A stretch of 64,000 bases of DNA from Bdellovibrionales bacterium (GCA_965202645.1 OZ241840.1:492088-556087), one strand, 5' to 3'; numbered from the stretch's first letter, positions 16,720 to 26,488 are shown. Made by a program: numbers and translations. Notes: generated by a model from the letters alone, not told the origin.

Positions 16720-18174
16720 TTATCTTGCAATATCTCTATAGCAGACAGATAAATAAGCTGGACAGAGTTTATAAATTTTTGATCCGGCGCTAGTATCCTT
16801 TATTTCGGATTCATTAAGCAAATGGAATCCGTGACAGCTATTTCCCCCGGTGTTTAAAATCTCCGGATCAAATTCAATCCGAGAAAAACCGGGAGAGTAG
16901 CAACTGGACTTTCTAAATTTAATACAAGGATGACGGGTATTGATATACTCTTCCCCTCTCCAAGCGATAACATTGCCAATTTCAAAGGGCAATCTATGTA
17001 ATTCATAAGAGCCAAACTCCCGCTCAAAATAATATTTTTCATCCGCTGTTGGGTTTCTGCCAGTTTGGCAGAATCCTTCCGGTGATATATTTTGAGCGAT
17101 TTTAGAATTGCGCGGCCGATAATAATTATACTGTTTGTTAAAGTCGCTTGAGGGGCCGCTGGTCGATCGATGAACCATAAGTCTAAGCTCTCTGGGACAA
17201 GTCCATCGCCCCTCTATTTTGTTTGTCTGTAAATTTTCTTCATGAATATTATGTATGTAATTTGCTTGATAAGGCTCTGCAAACTCAATCTTATAACTTC
17301 TGCCATAAGGCTTTCTGTTTGAGCTAAAAATAGGCGGCCCGTTTGTCCTGCCAAGAGTATAAGTCAAAGTGAGAAGTGGGTCACCGGAACTTCCTTGAGC
17401 CAAAGCCGGGGCCCAAGCGACAAGCTGGGCGCTCAATAAAGGCAGGCTGGTTTGAAAAAGTCCGCTGTTATTAACATTAACCCTATCCAGGCTCCGGGAT
17501 GTAAATACCGGCTTGAGCTGGCTCAGAAGGTTTAAAGTGACAACATTGTCAAAGCGGGGAAAAAAATTAGCTATATGCTTTCCCTGTGAGCTTATCGGGG
17601 TATTGATGTTGGATTCACTATGAAGCCCTAAGCGGGCTAGGGCGCGTCTATAAGGGGATCTGTCAATTAACTGCCGGACTCTTTGTGGAGGATCTCCGCT
17701 TTTGATTTTGTGGCTATCTTTAAAATCCTCTGATAGCTGAAGGCCAGATTGCTGAAGGCCAAGAGGATAAGCGCCAGCTGTTAAAGTAAAAGGATAACCA
17801 TTAATTCTTTGATCAAAAGGACATGTTACAGTTGTGATAGTGTTTGGGGTTAAATTATATAAAAACTCATTATCTCGATTATTAGAATAATCTCCGCCGG
17901 AGCCGGGATTGCTATAGCTGGAGCCGGAACCTCGATTGCTATAGCCGGAGCTGGGCGGGCCATAAGACGCATGTTGGCCGGAGCCTTGATTGTCTTGGCC
18001 GGAGCCGGGAGCGCCAGTGGGCGGCTGTCCCGCGCCGCCGGGAGCGCCAGCGGGGCCTTGATTCCCATAAGGTTGTCCGGTTGAGGGCAGGTTGCTAGGG
18101 CCTCTGTGAGAGCAAAAGGACAGCGCTCCCGCTATCAAACATAACCCAGCGGCATATTTTAACAAACTTTTCAC
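16720..18174 (-). CDS. Secreted or lipoprotein-like hypothetical protein with a G/S/N/P/Y-rich low-complexity region
   Basis: The ORF is open to 18363, but a GTG at 18174 gives a classical signal peptide, MKSLLKYAAGLCLIAGALSFCS. I recognise no family. Confidence 0.55.
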   Translation of the reverse strand: MKSLLKYAAGLCLIAGALSFCSHRGPSNLPSTGQPYGNQGPAGAPGGAGQPPTGAPGSGQDNQGSGQHASYGPPSSGYSNRGSGSSYSNPGSGGDYSNNRDNEFLYNLTPNTITTVTCPFDQRINGYPFTLTAGAYPLGLQQSGLQLSEDFKDSHKIKSGDPPQRVRQLIDRSPYRRALARLGLHSESNINTPISSQGKHIANFFPRFDNVVTLNLLSQLKPVFTSRSLDRVNVNNSGLFQTSLPLLSAQLVAWAPALAQGSSGDPLLTLTYTLGRTNGPPIFSSNRKPYGRSYKIEFAEPYQANYIHNIHEENLQTNKIEGRWTCPRELRLMVHRSTSGPSSDFNKQYNYYRPRNSKIAQNISPEGFCQTGRNPTADEKYYFEREFGSYELHRLPFEIGNVIAWRGEEYINTRHPCIKFRKSSCYSPGFSRIEFDPEILNTGGNSCHGFHLLNESEIKDTSAGSKIYKLCPAYLSVCYRDIAR

Positions 18175-18370
18175 TAAGTATTTAATCGGCTCATTTTGAC
18201 TTTTTCTTAAATGGCTATAGCTATTGAGGCCGCGGCTGGGAGTCAATTCAGCCGGCAGTTTCCGCCTAAAATTTATCTTTGGCCTGTTCCTGTGGATGAG
18301 CCTTTTACCGGCAAGAGTTTTAAGCTTCTTCCTGTGAAAGAGTCTTTTTTCTGAATGGAGCATTTGTTAT

Positions 18371-19756
18371 TCACACAGCGGCTATGATAAGTCTTTGTTT
18401 TGATGACCGGATTAGGACATCTTCCGCAAAGCGCCGCATAATTACACAGTTTTTTGCACTGCGGGCGCTCTTGATAAAGAATTTCCTCTCCCGCCTGTGT
18501 GTGACAGGGTAATAAAAAATTTTCGACGGCTGCCACTGCCAGGGCGGAGAGAGAAGGTCGACATATCGTCTTTTAAGCATTCCGTGACTGATGGGATTTT
18601 TCGCTTCTTTAGCAATAAAATCGGCATTGCAGGGGACTAGGCGGCAATCAGAATCAAACTGACAGTCAGTTGCCAAATCATCGCCTCCCGGGGTTTTAAG
18701 AGTGGCTCTATAGATGTTTAAGAAAGCTTTTCCGCTCTCTTTAAAGCCGTTTTGATTATAAACGCAGGCTAACTTTTTCCAAAGGGCGCTTTTAGAGGGG
18801 TTTAGAAAAGCGGCTTTTCTCAGCCGTTTAAAAACTTGCGCTTTGCTTGGACAGCTTTCATTTTTATTTTTTAATTGGCTTTTCCGGCATTGATCAGAAC
18901 ATTGCGGGAAAGCCTGCCTTATCGCGTGATCTAGGCCGGCATCTTCAGGAAACCAGTATGCGGCTTGGCCGCGGATCAGCTTCTTAAAACAGTCAACATT
19001 CCTTCCACATTTCCCTTTGAGAAACTTTCCCACCATTCCCAGTTTGTAGGCGTTGACCATGCCCACCCCATTTTTGCGGGGATTTTCAAAAGCGGAGTGA
19101 AGTGTGGGGATGGCTGTTTTTTTCAAAAGGATTTTAGCCTCTTCCGGTGTGGGATGATAGCCGGACAGCCATTCAAAACCCGCTAGACTTCCCGTCACTA
19201 AAGGGGCCGCTCCGCTTGTCCCGCCAAAAGGAAAATATTTTCCATCGTCATAGGCGGAGGTCAAACTATAGTCCGATGGGGCCATGATATGAACCGCCCT
19301 CCCCTGACTGGAAAAATCGCTTCGCAAGCCATCTGGATGGAGACTTCCCACAATAATGGCATTAAAATCCTTTGAGGCGCGGGCTTTGTCAGGATGAACA
19401 GACAAGCCCAAATCATTTTTATTTCCAGCCGATGTGACTAATATAGAGGGAGGGGAAAGTTTTTTATAAGCATTGAAGCTGGATCTAGAGCTGACTTGGA
19501 ACACTCTTCCTTTCCTTCGTTTGAGTGGCCCAGACAGAGATTCATTTATAAAAGAGGACAAAGATTTGCTCCAGCATTGCTCTATTGGAATTATAGGAGT
19601 TATTTTAAGCGCTAAATACGGTAATTTAGCTTTGGCAACTAATAAGGGAGGGATTAACTTAGGCGCAGTTAGTTTTTTTGCGGGCGCTGGCATCGAGCAA
19701 AAAAACAGCGCTAAAGCAAAAAATTTATTCATCATGCTGTCCTTTCTGTTGCTCAT
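18371..19756 (-). CDS. Subtilisin-like (S8) serine peptidase, C-terminal catalytic half plus Cys-rich extension; probably part of a disrupted gene
   Basis: INESLSG, SILVTSAGNKN (oxyanion Asn) and FGGTSGAAPLVTGSLA (catalytic Ser) align with subtilisin BPN'. No Asp or His motif is present in this ORF. Confidence 0.65.
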   Translation of the reverse strand: MSNRKDSMMNKFFALALFFCSMPAPAKKLTAPKLIPPLLVAKAKLPYLALKITPIIPIEQCWSKSLSSFINESLSGPLKRRKGRVFQVSSRSSFNAYKKLSPPSILVTSAGNKNDLGLSVHPDKARASKDFNAIIVGSLHPDGLRSDFSSQGRAVHIMAPSDYSLTSAYDDGKYFPFGGTSGAAPLVTGSLAGFEWLSGYHPTPEEAKILLKKTAIPTLHSAFENPRKNGVGMVNAYKLGMVGKFLKGKCGRNVDCFKKLIRGQAAYWFPEDAGLDHAIRQAFPQCSDQCRKSQLKNKNESCPSKAQVFKRLRKAAFLNPSKSALWKKLACVYNQNGFKESGKAFLNIYRATLKTPGGDDLATDCQFDSDCRLVPCNADFIAKEAKNPISHGMLKRRYVDLLSPPWQWQPSKIFYYPVTHRRERKFFIKSARSAKNCVIMRRFAEDVLIRSSKQRLIIAAV

Positions 19757-20687
19757 ACTCTTTAGGCTCTTTAGGCTCTTTAAGCCCGCATTTTTTTCTT
19801 GCTTGCATCAACAAACTATTTATGGCCCTTAGCGTTTTTGAAATACGGTCAGTCCGAACATAATTTATTCCGCTTCCCATCTCCGGCAAAACCGCGTGTT
19901 TTCCTTTATCTGAGATTAAGTTTTTGACCCCTATATAATGATTTCGATTTGGACCGTCAAAAACAGAGACTAAACGCTTGTTGGGCCGGGGGGTTTTTTT
20001 TAGCTCCTCTTTTAAGAGATCAGCGCCTATCATCTCTTGCGCCCAATAATCCGGAAGGGGCGAATTAAGCTTTCCCGCTATTAAATTTAATTTTGTGGAG
20101 ACAATTCCACAGGATCTTAAGTCAGCAATGGGTGGGATCAGGGGGGGCTTAAAATAGCCAATGTGCTCGGCGGCGGAAGGTGGGATCCGCGGATCAGGGG
20201 GGGGGGGGGGTAGGCTGGCTTTTTGCTCCCTCGCGGGGTTTAACAGGTCATCCGGCTCGCAGTAATCTAAAAAGGCAAGCTTCGGGAGATTTTTGCAAAA
20301 ATCTTCCGCTAGCACAGCCTTTTTCTCTTTATCCCACTCAAACACCCAGGACTTAAAAATTTCATACTCCGCGCTAGCGGTTAAAGCCGCCTCTTTTGTT
20401 TTTTGGAGAATAAGCTCTTTTTCGGACTGACTGAGGGGCCACTTCTTAAAAGCTAGTATAACCCCCTTAGCCTGAGACTCTTGATTATTAAAAAAAGGCG
20501 GTATTTTTTTAGCCTTTAGCGCGGAGCTGAGGGCTGTTTTGCGCTGAGGAGAGGAGTTGGCCGGGCGTTTTTTCGATAAGCTGGCTGGATTTTTTTGGCT
20601 TTTAGCCTCCGCAAAAGGCAGAGCCTTCAAATCCGGCCGGATAAAAAGGCTAAGGGCAAAAAACAACAAAAAAAGCTTTTTTCTCAT
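19725..20687 (-). CDS. Signal peptide, propeptide-like region and putative S8 Asp/His region; overlaps the next ORF by 32 bp
   Basis: MRKKLFLLFFALSLF signal. YWAQEMIGADLL...RLVSVFDG resembles the S8 N-terminal Asp block. Contains a C14 tract encoding PPPPP. Confidence 0.5.
   Translation of the reverse strand: MRKKLFLLFFALSLFIRPDLKALPFAEAKSQKNPASLSKKRPANSSPQRKTALSSALKAKKIPPFFNNQESQAKGVILAFKKWPLSQSEKELILQKTKEAALTASAEYEIFKSWVFEWDKEKKAVLAEDFCKNLPKLAFLDYCEPDDLLNPAREQKASLPPPPPDPRIPPSAAEHIGYFKPPLIPPIADLRSCGIVSTKLNLIAGKLNSPLPDYWAQEMIGADLLKEELKKTPRPNKRLVSVFDGPNRNHYIGVKNLISDKGKHAVLPEMGSGINYVRTDRISKTLRAINSLLMQARKKCGLKEPKEPKEYEQQKGQHDE
20197..20210. repeat. Homopolymeric G14 (coding-strand C14) tract inside ORF 19725..20687
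   Basis: I counted 14 consecutive G residues. It is translated as PPPPP(D) in the current frame. Confidence 0.95.
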
Positions 20688-20924
20688 TTAGAATTTAATT
20701 TCAGCACAGGCTTTATCAAATGTCAAATTGTGTGGCGGATCGTCCCTGAAAATGGACAGTTTTCCTCCTGACTTCCGCATTTTGGTTTGAAAAATCCAAT
20801 GAATACAGGGGTTCCAGGGATCGTGGGGTCACTACAACTACCTCTCCGAAAGCCCTGTTTAGCTGTCTATAAAAATTGAGCTGTTTGTTGGAGTTTCTTG
20901 TTGAGCGCCTCGTAGATCCCGACT

Positions 20925-21120
20925 TTGACACTTAATTGGCGTGGCAAAAATAAACCCCCCGGAAATATAGGATTTTTTATGATTTTTTTTGGGTTGGAGT
21001 TAAAAAGGAGGAATTATGGCTCAAATGCTACACCCTTGCGCCAGCTGAGCAGAGGCCAAAAATATACAAAATAGTCCAAAGAGCATAAGCGAAATTGGCA
21101 AAATAGAGCGGCTGAGCTTA
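20925..21120 (+). mobile_element. IS3-family left end plus orfA remnant
   Basis: TGACACTTAATTGGCG resembles the reverse complement of the putative right end near 36285 (TTACACTGGATCGCGC). AAGGAGGAATTATGGCTCAAATG... is closed after 10 codons. Confidence 0.4.
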
Positions 21121-21125
21121 TTCCT

Positions 21126-23327
21126 TTATTTTGGACATTTAGCTTTGTGCTTGCTCATATATAGAGACCAGATGTCCACCATTGAGGCGGGGGAGCCTTT
21201 GACATTTCTCCCTAAAACAGCCTCTGTGTGAGCCAGATTTGAGATTGTGCAGGAGAGCAGTCTGCCCGTTCCCCTCTCCTCTTTCCCTTCGTTGGTTATG
21301 CAATCCTTCCCCTTTTTGACTTTTTGAGACAGTTTTTCCGCAAAATAGGCCAGCCTCAAGCGCTCCCAGGGCATTTTATTTTGCGCATATTTCTTTTTGG
21401 TGTGTTTATGAGAATCCTTAAGATGTTTGCCCGTGTTTTTTAAAGCCTCCGTATTGCGGACAGACTCTATGGCCCGTGTCACCCAGCCGGGGCCGCCGTT
21501 GTAAGCGGACACACCTCGCCTCCAGGCGTCTTTTTCCTCAGGCCCCATATCCCGCCAAGATTTGCATGAGGATGAATCAGTGGGCTTGGCGTTTACTTTG
21601 CGATAGTGGCCGGCTAAAATATCAACCCCCGCTCTCAAATTATTTATTGGATTTTGAAAACATTGCCGGGCAAGGCCTTTCTCTGTCTTGTCCTTTGCCT
21701 TTATGCTATAGGTTTTTCCTGCATCATTACGGCATTGGTGAACTTTAGCGTTTATTTGAAACAGGCCCATGCTGTTTTCCCTAGAGGTGTCCAGGTTAGC
21801 CTGGCATATACCGGCGCTTTCGATGCTCATCATGGCCATCATGATTTCCGGAGGGACCCCTTGTTTGCAGGATTCGCATTGAGCTTTTTCAAAAAAACTC
21901 TTAAATTTGCCGCATTGAGCTTTTTTAGAACAATTCTTAAATTTTTTGTCACCAGGGCAGTGTATTTCAAAATTTTTGATAATGGCTTTTAAAGCTTTTA
22001 AAGATGTCTCAGGAGAGCAAATTTTTTCAGCGGGAACTTCTTTTGAGCTGATTTTCTTTCGGCTGGAAGCTGTCACCTCTTTAAGATAGCCGCTTAAAGC
22101 GCTAAAAAAAGCTCTATCTTGCATTAAAGAGGACAAAACTGAATCCTCCCCATCTCTCAGACACTCAAAACACCAGCCGGCCTCTGTATCCCCCTCTTTT
22201 GGATCTTCAAGGGAGATGCATTGAGAGGCGCTGGAGGATTTTGTTTGAGAGCGCTTTAGAGCAGCTGGAAGAGCCGCCGCTTGTTTTCTAGATCTGGCCA
22301 AAAATCCCGCATGAGCTAAGCTGGCGCTTTCGCCGGAAGGCTTTTTGGCGCTCTTTGAAGCGGTAGTTTGTGTTTGCTGAGAATCCAGATCTTTGGCTGT
22401 TTTCGATTTAAGCTCATCGGATTTTTGGGAAAAATCTGGAGCCTCTTGTCGTTTAGATCCCCTAACTTTGGCCTTTTTTGGTTTATCGGATTCTGGAGAG
22501 GGGGCTTTAGCCTTTTTTGGTTTAGCAGATCCAGCTTTGGATCCTCTTGATTCAGGCTCTTCAAATTCTTCAAGGGGATCTGTCTCTAAAGTCAAATCCT
22601 CTTCAGAAACTAAAACCGGACGAACGGATTGAGCCTTTTGCTCTCCCTGATCATCTGTATACACAGCTATAAATTGGCTGGGATCTGATTTGCTCTGATA
22701 AAGCGTGGTTTGTGGATCTGAGCCTTCTTGTTCCGGCTCCGCAAAAGAGGGCGAAAAAGCCTCCCAATTTGTGTCCTTTTCCGGGCTGTCCTTAACAACT
22801 TTGAGCTGGCTGATGTCCTCCTCAGGGCTTAAGCCTCCCCGCTTTTCTCTTATGATTTTTTTCCCTTTTTGATCTGTTTCCACTATTTTAACGGTGTCAG
22901 GGGATGATTTGCTGCGATAAAAAACTCTTTTAGGAGATGGCTTTTCGCTTTTCAAATCTGATTTTTGATTTCTCCTTCTGTCTCTCCTTCGGCTAAAAGA
23001 GGAGGAAAAAGACGGCCGAAAAACCGTCCAATCCGCGCTTTTTGCCGGATTCTCATCTACAGCCCCGACCGGCAGAAAAGCCGGAAGGAAGTATTGAAAT
23101 TGAGGCCGGGCGGCGCCTTGAGGATAAACAGCCAAAGGAATAGCCTGTTGAGACCATTGGTTGACACATAAAGGGCTGGAGGGGTCATCACATAGAGGCA
23201 TTAAGGGGGCGCCTGCGGGAACAGCCACAGGAGCTCCGCTAAAATCAGGAGTGAAAACAGCGGGATTGCCCGCTCCCTGAAATGGAAAAAGAAGAAATAT
23301 CAATAAAAAGCCGAAAAGCCCGCGCAT
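21126..23327 (-). CDS. Large secreted protein with a C-terminal lytic transglycosylase (SLT)-like domain
   Basis: Signal peptide MRGLFGFLLIFLLFPFQGAG and a long K/S/P/E-rich disordered region. MSIESAG...MGLFQIN...Y resembles the SLT catalytic Glu-Ser and GLMQI motifs. Confidence 0.7.
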   Translation of the reverse strand: MRGLFGFLLIFLLFPFQGAGNPAVFTPDFSGAPVAVPAGAPLMPLCDDPSSPLCVNQWSQQAIPLAVYPQGAARPQFQYFLPAFLPVGAVDENPAKSADWTVFRPSFSSSFSRRRDRRRNQKSDLKSEKPSPKRVFYRSKSSPDTVKIVETDQKGKKIIREKRGGLSPEEDISQLKVVKDSPEKDTNWEAFSPSFAEPEQEGSDPQTTLYQSKSDPSQFIAVYTDDQGEQKAQSVRPVLVSEEDLTLETDPLEEFEEPESRGSKAGSAKPKKAKAPSPESDKPKKAKVRGSKRQEAPDFSQKSDELKSKTAKDLDSQQTQTTASKSAKKPSGESASLAHAGFLARSRKQAAALPAALKRSQTKSSSASQCISLEDPKEGDTEAGWCFECLRDGEDSVLSSLMQDRAFFSALSGYLKEVTASSRKKISSKEVPAEKICSPETSLKALKAIIKNFEIHCPGDKKFKNCSKKAQCGKFKSFFEKAQCESCKQGVPPEIMMAMMSIESAGICQANLDTSRENSMGLFQINAKVHQCRNDAGKTYSIKAKDKTEKGLARQCFQNPINNLRAGVDILAGHYRKVNAKPTDSSSCKSWRDMGPEEKDAWRRGVSAYNGGPGWVTRAIESVRNTEALKNTGKHLKDSHKHTKKKYAQNKMPWERLRLAYFAEKLSQKVKKGKDCITNEGKEERGTGRLLSCTISNLAHTEAVLGRNVKGSPASMVDIWSLYMSKHKAKCPK

Positions 23328-23395
23328 ATATATTTTATCGGCTCAAAAGCAGTTTTTTTAAAATTTGCCATTTACACGCCGACTATGGGCTGAGG

Positions 23396-24568
23396 CTATT
23401 TTTTAGGATGGCGCAAGCTTTGGGGGCTGGCCAGCTCTCCGCCGGGGCCAAAAGCCAGAGCTTTTTTCCAAAGCGCCTCTTTAGAGATCTTTTGTTTGGC
23501 CTTTTTTTCCTGTCCCGGAAGGCTGGGCACATCCAATGTTTGGGTGGGAAAGGCAAAATCAATCTCCAGCTCTTTGGCCAAGCGAAGAATCTCCAAAAAA
23601 ATATTTTGCTTTTGCAAAAGCTCCGTATCCCAATCCGGCGCTTTTAGAAAAAAGTTTAAAAGAATTTGCAGGCTGTGAGGCCCATAATCTGAAAAATAGC
23701 ATTGATAATAATCTTTTCGGGTATAGCTGTTAGATTGAATGATATTTTTTATCCCCTCCACAAAAGCCTCAATTTTTTCCGGCGGGGTATCGTAAGTGAT
23801 ATCCAAAACAGCTCTTGTTCTTCTCGCCTGCCTTTTGCCCAAGTTGTCAATGATGGATTCAGAAATAACAGAGTTGGGAATAGTTAAAAGAGAGTCATAA
23901 AAAGTTTTGACTTTTGTTGAGCGAAAGCCAATATCCTCCACCGTCCCCTCAAATTTATCACAGACAATCCAATCCCCCGCGGAAAAAGGCTTGTCTAAAA
24001 CCACTGTGACTCCGCCAAAAAAATTGCCCAAGGTCTCTTTAGCCGCCAGAGCTATGGCGATTCCCCCAATGCCAAGGCCAGCCAGCAAAGATGTGACATT
24101 AAACCCTGAATTTTGAAGGAGCATTAAGCCCGCAATGACAGCGAATAAAGTTTTTAAGATTTTTTTGGCGTAAGGAAGCAAATGCTTTGTGACAGAATCC
24201 GCCGGGCGCCGGGCGCTTTTTTCGCTCTCTAAATTTAAGATAAAAAGCTTTTCCAAAAGATCTAAAAACTGCCAGCTGATAAGAAGCAGGCTGTAAGCCA
24301 AAATAACCTTTAAAGGCTGGTATAAAAAAGCCCGCCATTGATCCTCCACAGAGGCGAACGGAAAGCCTATGCGGCAGACCGCCCATAAAATAAGCAAAGA
24401 GTAAGCCGTTTGAGGCTGTTTTAACAGGTAGGGCCTAAGCCCTTCAGGGCAATAAGCCTGAGAAATCCTTTTTACAAACAAAGCGATGACCGGCCTTAAA
24501 TATCTGGCCAAAGCGCAACCGGCCAAAAAAACTAAAAAAATCAAAAAAAGAGATGAGCCGCCGATCAT
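23396..24568 (-). CDS. Mechanosensitive ion channel (MscS family)
   Basis: Multiple TM segments, then GGIAIALAAKETLGNFFGG......KPF..GD.I and a beta-domain, typical of MscS. Confidence 0.9.
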   Translation of the reverse strand: MIGGSSLFLIFLVFLAGCALARYLRPVIALFVKRISQAYCPEGLRPYLLKQPQTAYSLLILWAVCRIGFPFASVEDQWRAFLYQPLKVILAYSLLLISWQFLDLLEKLFILNLESEKSARRPADSVTKHLLPYAKKILKTLFAVIAGLMLLQNSGFNVTSLLAGLGIGGIAIALAAKETLGNFFGGVTVVLDKPFSAGDWIVCDKFEGTVEDIGFRSTKVKTFYDSLLTIPNSVISESIIDNLGKRQARRTRAVLDITYDTPPEKIEAFVEGIKNIIQSNSYTRKDYYQCYFSDYGPHSLQILLNFFLKAPDWDTELLQKQNIFLEILRLAKELEIDFAFPTQTLDVPSLPGQEKKAKQKISKEALWKKALAFGPGGELASPQSLRHPKK

Positions 24569-24749
24569 AAACTTGTTTTTTTGCTCAATGCGCGCTGTTT
24601 GACTGGAAAACTTCTGAAAGCAAAAACATCTGCCAATTTAAAAATCTTGCAAAAAGAAAACTTCAGGCCTCAAGCGCTTAAAGCCAGCCTATCTTATTGT
24701 TTCACAAGATTTTAGCCTAATCAAGCTATAAAAATTCCCAGAGGCAAAA

Positions 24750-24960
24750 AAGAATCTTTTATTTATCCACTGGGGAGCGATCCAAAACTTCAGGATAAAA
24801 TCGTATCCTATTCCCTCCGCCTCATCATAAGCTTCTCCAGACAATATAGCTCAGATGCGGATGTGACGGGCGGCAGGGCCAATATAGAGAGCCAGCAGGG
24901 CAAACAGCTGATGAGGATTATTGAGGCTTAATCCCCCTCTTCTCCAGCCAATATTTTTCA
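24750..24960 (-). pseudogene. Degenerate duplicated fragment of the adjacent cysK-like gene
   Basis: 24752-24850 aligns with 25196-25300 (…GAGCGATCCAAAACTTCAGGA(A)TAAAATCGTATCCTATTCCCTCC…). A second CTCCAGCCAATAT block follows. Confidence 0.55.
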
Positions 24961-24971
24961 CATACAAAATT

Positions 24972-25943
24972 TTAGCTCAAATCTGAGGAGGATAGAGGAA
25001 ATCCCCTCTTCCTCATCCAATCATCATTTAAAAATTTGCTCATATAGTTTTGTATCCCATCAGGCAAAATAATGACGCAATTTTGCCCTTTCTTGAGCCT
25101 TTTAGCCTCTTTTAAGCCGGCGTAAACAGCCGAGCCGGAGGACCCTCCGCATAAAACGCCCTCCAATCGAATCACTTTTCGGGCCATAGCAAAAGAATCT
25201 TTATCTGTGGTTTTTACCCATTTATCCACCAGGGAGCGATCCAAAACTTCAGGAATAAAATCGTATCCTATTCCCTCCACCTCATAAGCCTGAATAGGCT
25301 CCTCTCCAGCCAATATAGAGCCAACAGGGTCAACCCCTATTATTTCACAATGAGGGCAGGATTTCTTAATCCGTTTGGCCAGCCCTGTTAAAGTTCCGCC
25401 GGTCCCCGCCCCCGCCACAGCCATATCCAAACGGCCATTGAGATCGGATAAAATCTCTTCCGCTGTTCCCTCATAATGAGCCATGTAATTGGCCGGATTA
25501 GAATATTGATCCAAAATATGAGATCGGGGCATTTCCTCATTCAGCTTTTTAGCCACGCTGATATGGCTTTCCGGAGAGCTGGAGGCGGCTGACGCGGGCG
25601 TTCGGATAATTTTTGCCCCCAAGAGTTTTAAAATGCTCTCTTTTTCCCGGCTCATTTTTTCCGGCATAACAATGAGCGCCTTATAGCCTAAAACCGCTCC
25701 GGCCAAAGCAATGCCAATGCCCGTATTGCCGCTGGTTGGCTCAATTAAGGTGTCTCCCGGCTGAATAACTCCCTCCTCTTGGGCTTTTTTAACCATGTTA
25801 AAGGCAATGCGATCTTTAACTGAGCCTCCGGGATTAAAAAACTCGCATTTGCCGTAAATATTGGCGGGCAAATCTCCGGCTATTTTTTGCAATTTGACCA
25901 GAGGGGTTTTCCCGATGGCCTCCAAGATATTGTCAAAAAGCAT
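24972..25943 (-). CDS. cysK: PLP-dependent cysteine synthase / cystathionine beta-synthase family enzyme
   Basis: KCEFFNPGGSVKDRIA (PLP Lys), TSGNTGIGLA and GGSSG motifs. EGIGYDFIP resembles CBS-type enzymes. No CBS-pair domain is present. Confidence 0.88.
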   Translation of the reverse strand: MLFDNILEAIGKTPLVKLQKIAGDLPANIYGKCEFFNPGGSVKDRIAFNMVKKAQEEGVIQPGDTLIEPTSGNTGIGIALAGAVLGYKALIVMPEKMSREKESILKLLGAKIIRTPASAASSSPESHISVAKKLNEEMPRSHILDQYSNPANYMAHYEGTAEEILSDLNGRLDMAVAGAGTGGTLTGLAKRIKKSCPHCEIIGVDPVGSILAGEEPIQAYEVEGIGYDFIPEVLDRSLVDKWVKTTDKDSFAMARKVIRLEGVLCGGSSGSAVYAGLKEAKRLKKGQNCVIILPDGIQNYMSKFLNDDWMRKRGFPLSSSDLS

Positions 25944-26156
25944 ATTTGCTCTTTTACTCTAAAAAGCCGGGGCCTATCAATCAAAAAAAACCCCCTGTTA
26001 AAAGTCTGTCCTCTCAGCTTGAAATAAAAGGGAAAAACAGCTCCGCAAATAGCTCGCTTAGGCTGGCTAAAGGCGCATGCGCTTTCTCTGAAAGCGCATA
26101 AATACAGCTCCCGCTTTTTTTATTCATGTATCAAAAATGAGCCGTCTGATTTTTGT

Positions 26157-26175
26157 CAATTTATTTTCATTATCC
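26157..26175. promoter_or_regulatory. Candidate Fur box upstream of feoAB
   Basis: The reverse complement GGATAATGAAAATAAATTG matches about 13 of 19 positions of GATAATGATAATCATTATC. It lies 59 nt upstream of the feoA start. Confidence 0.35.
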
Positions 26176-26233
26176 AAAAATATCTTTTTATTTGTTGGCT
26201 GGGCCCCTGTTTTTTGAAATGATTGAGGCGCGC

Positions 26234-26488
26234 ATGCCTCTCTCTCATTTAAAGCTGGGCCAAAAGGCTGAAATTGTCTCTTTTGGAATTTACGGCCAGA
26301 GCCTTATCCGCTTTATGGAAATGGGCTGGCGCGCCAGAGATCCTATCCAAATGATCGGACAGCTCCCTTTAGGAGGGAATTTAATTGTGCTCTCCCATCA
26401 CGGGAAATACATCATCAGAAAAAAAGACGCCCAGCTCATAAAGGTCAAACCAACTGCTGAGCCAGGCCATAACAGGCAGTGGCCGTGA
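26234..26488 (+). CDS. feoA: Ferrous iron transport protein A
   Basis: LSHLKLGQKAEIVSF...G......G..I is typical of the FeoA SH3-like domain. RBS GAGG precedes the ATG at 26234 (ORF open from 26153). Overlaps feoB by 10 nt. Confidence 0.8.
   Translation: MPLSHLKLGQKAEIVSFGIYGQSLIRFMEMGWRARDPIQMIGQLPLGGNLIVLSHHGKYIIRKKDAQLIKVKPTAEPGHNRQWP

Noticed and set aside
19560-19800. A possible degenerate MITE A fragment inside the S8 protease gene. GGAATTATAGGAG lies at about 19577 and CTTTAAGCCCGCAT at about 19783, both resembling family A TIR sequence.
   Set aside because: The similarity is limited to 9-13 nt at each site. The orientation and spacing do not reproduce the 205-bp element, and there is no target duplication. 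It remains speculative.
21476-23647. Plus-strand ORFs inside or overlapping the 733-aa SLT-domain gene and the MscS gene, for example 21654..21992, 22393..22632 and 23282..23647.
   Set aside because: They are antisense to better-supported genes. The low-complexity K/S/P-coding DNA generates long open frames on both strands.
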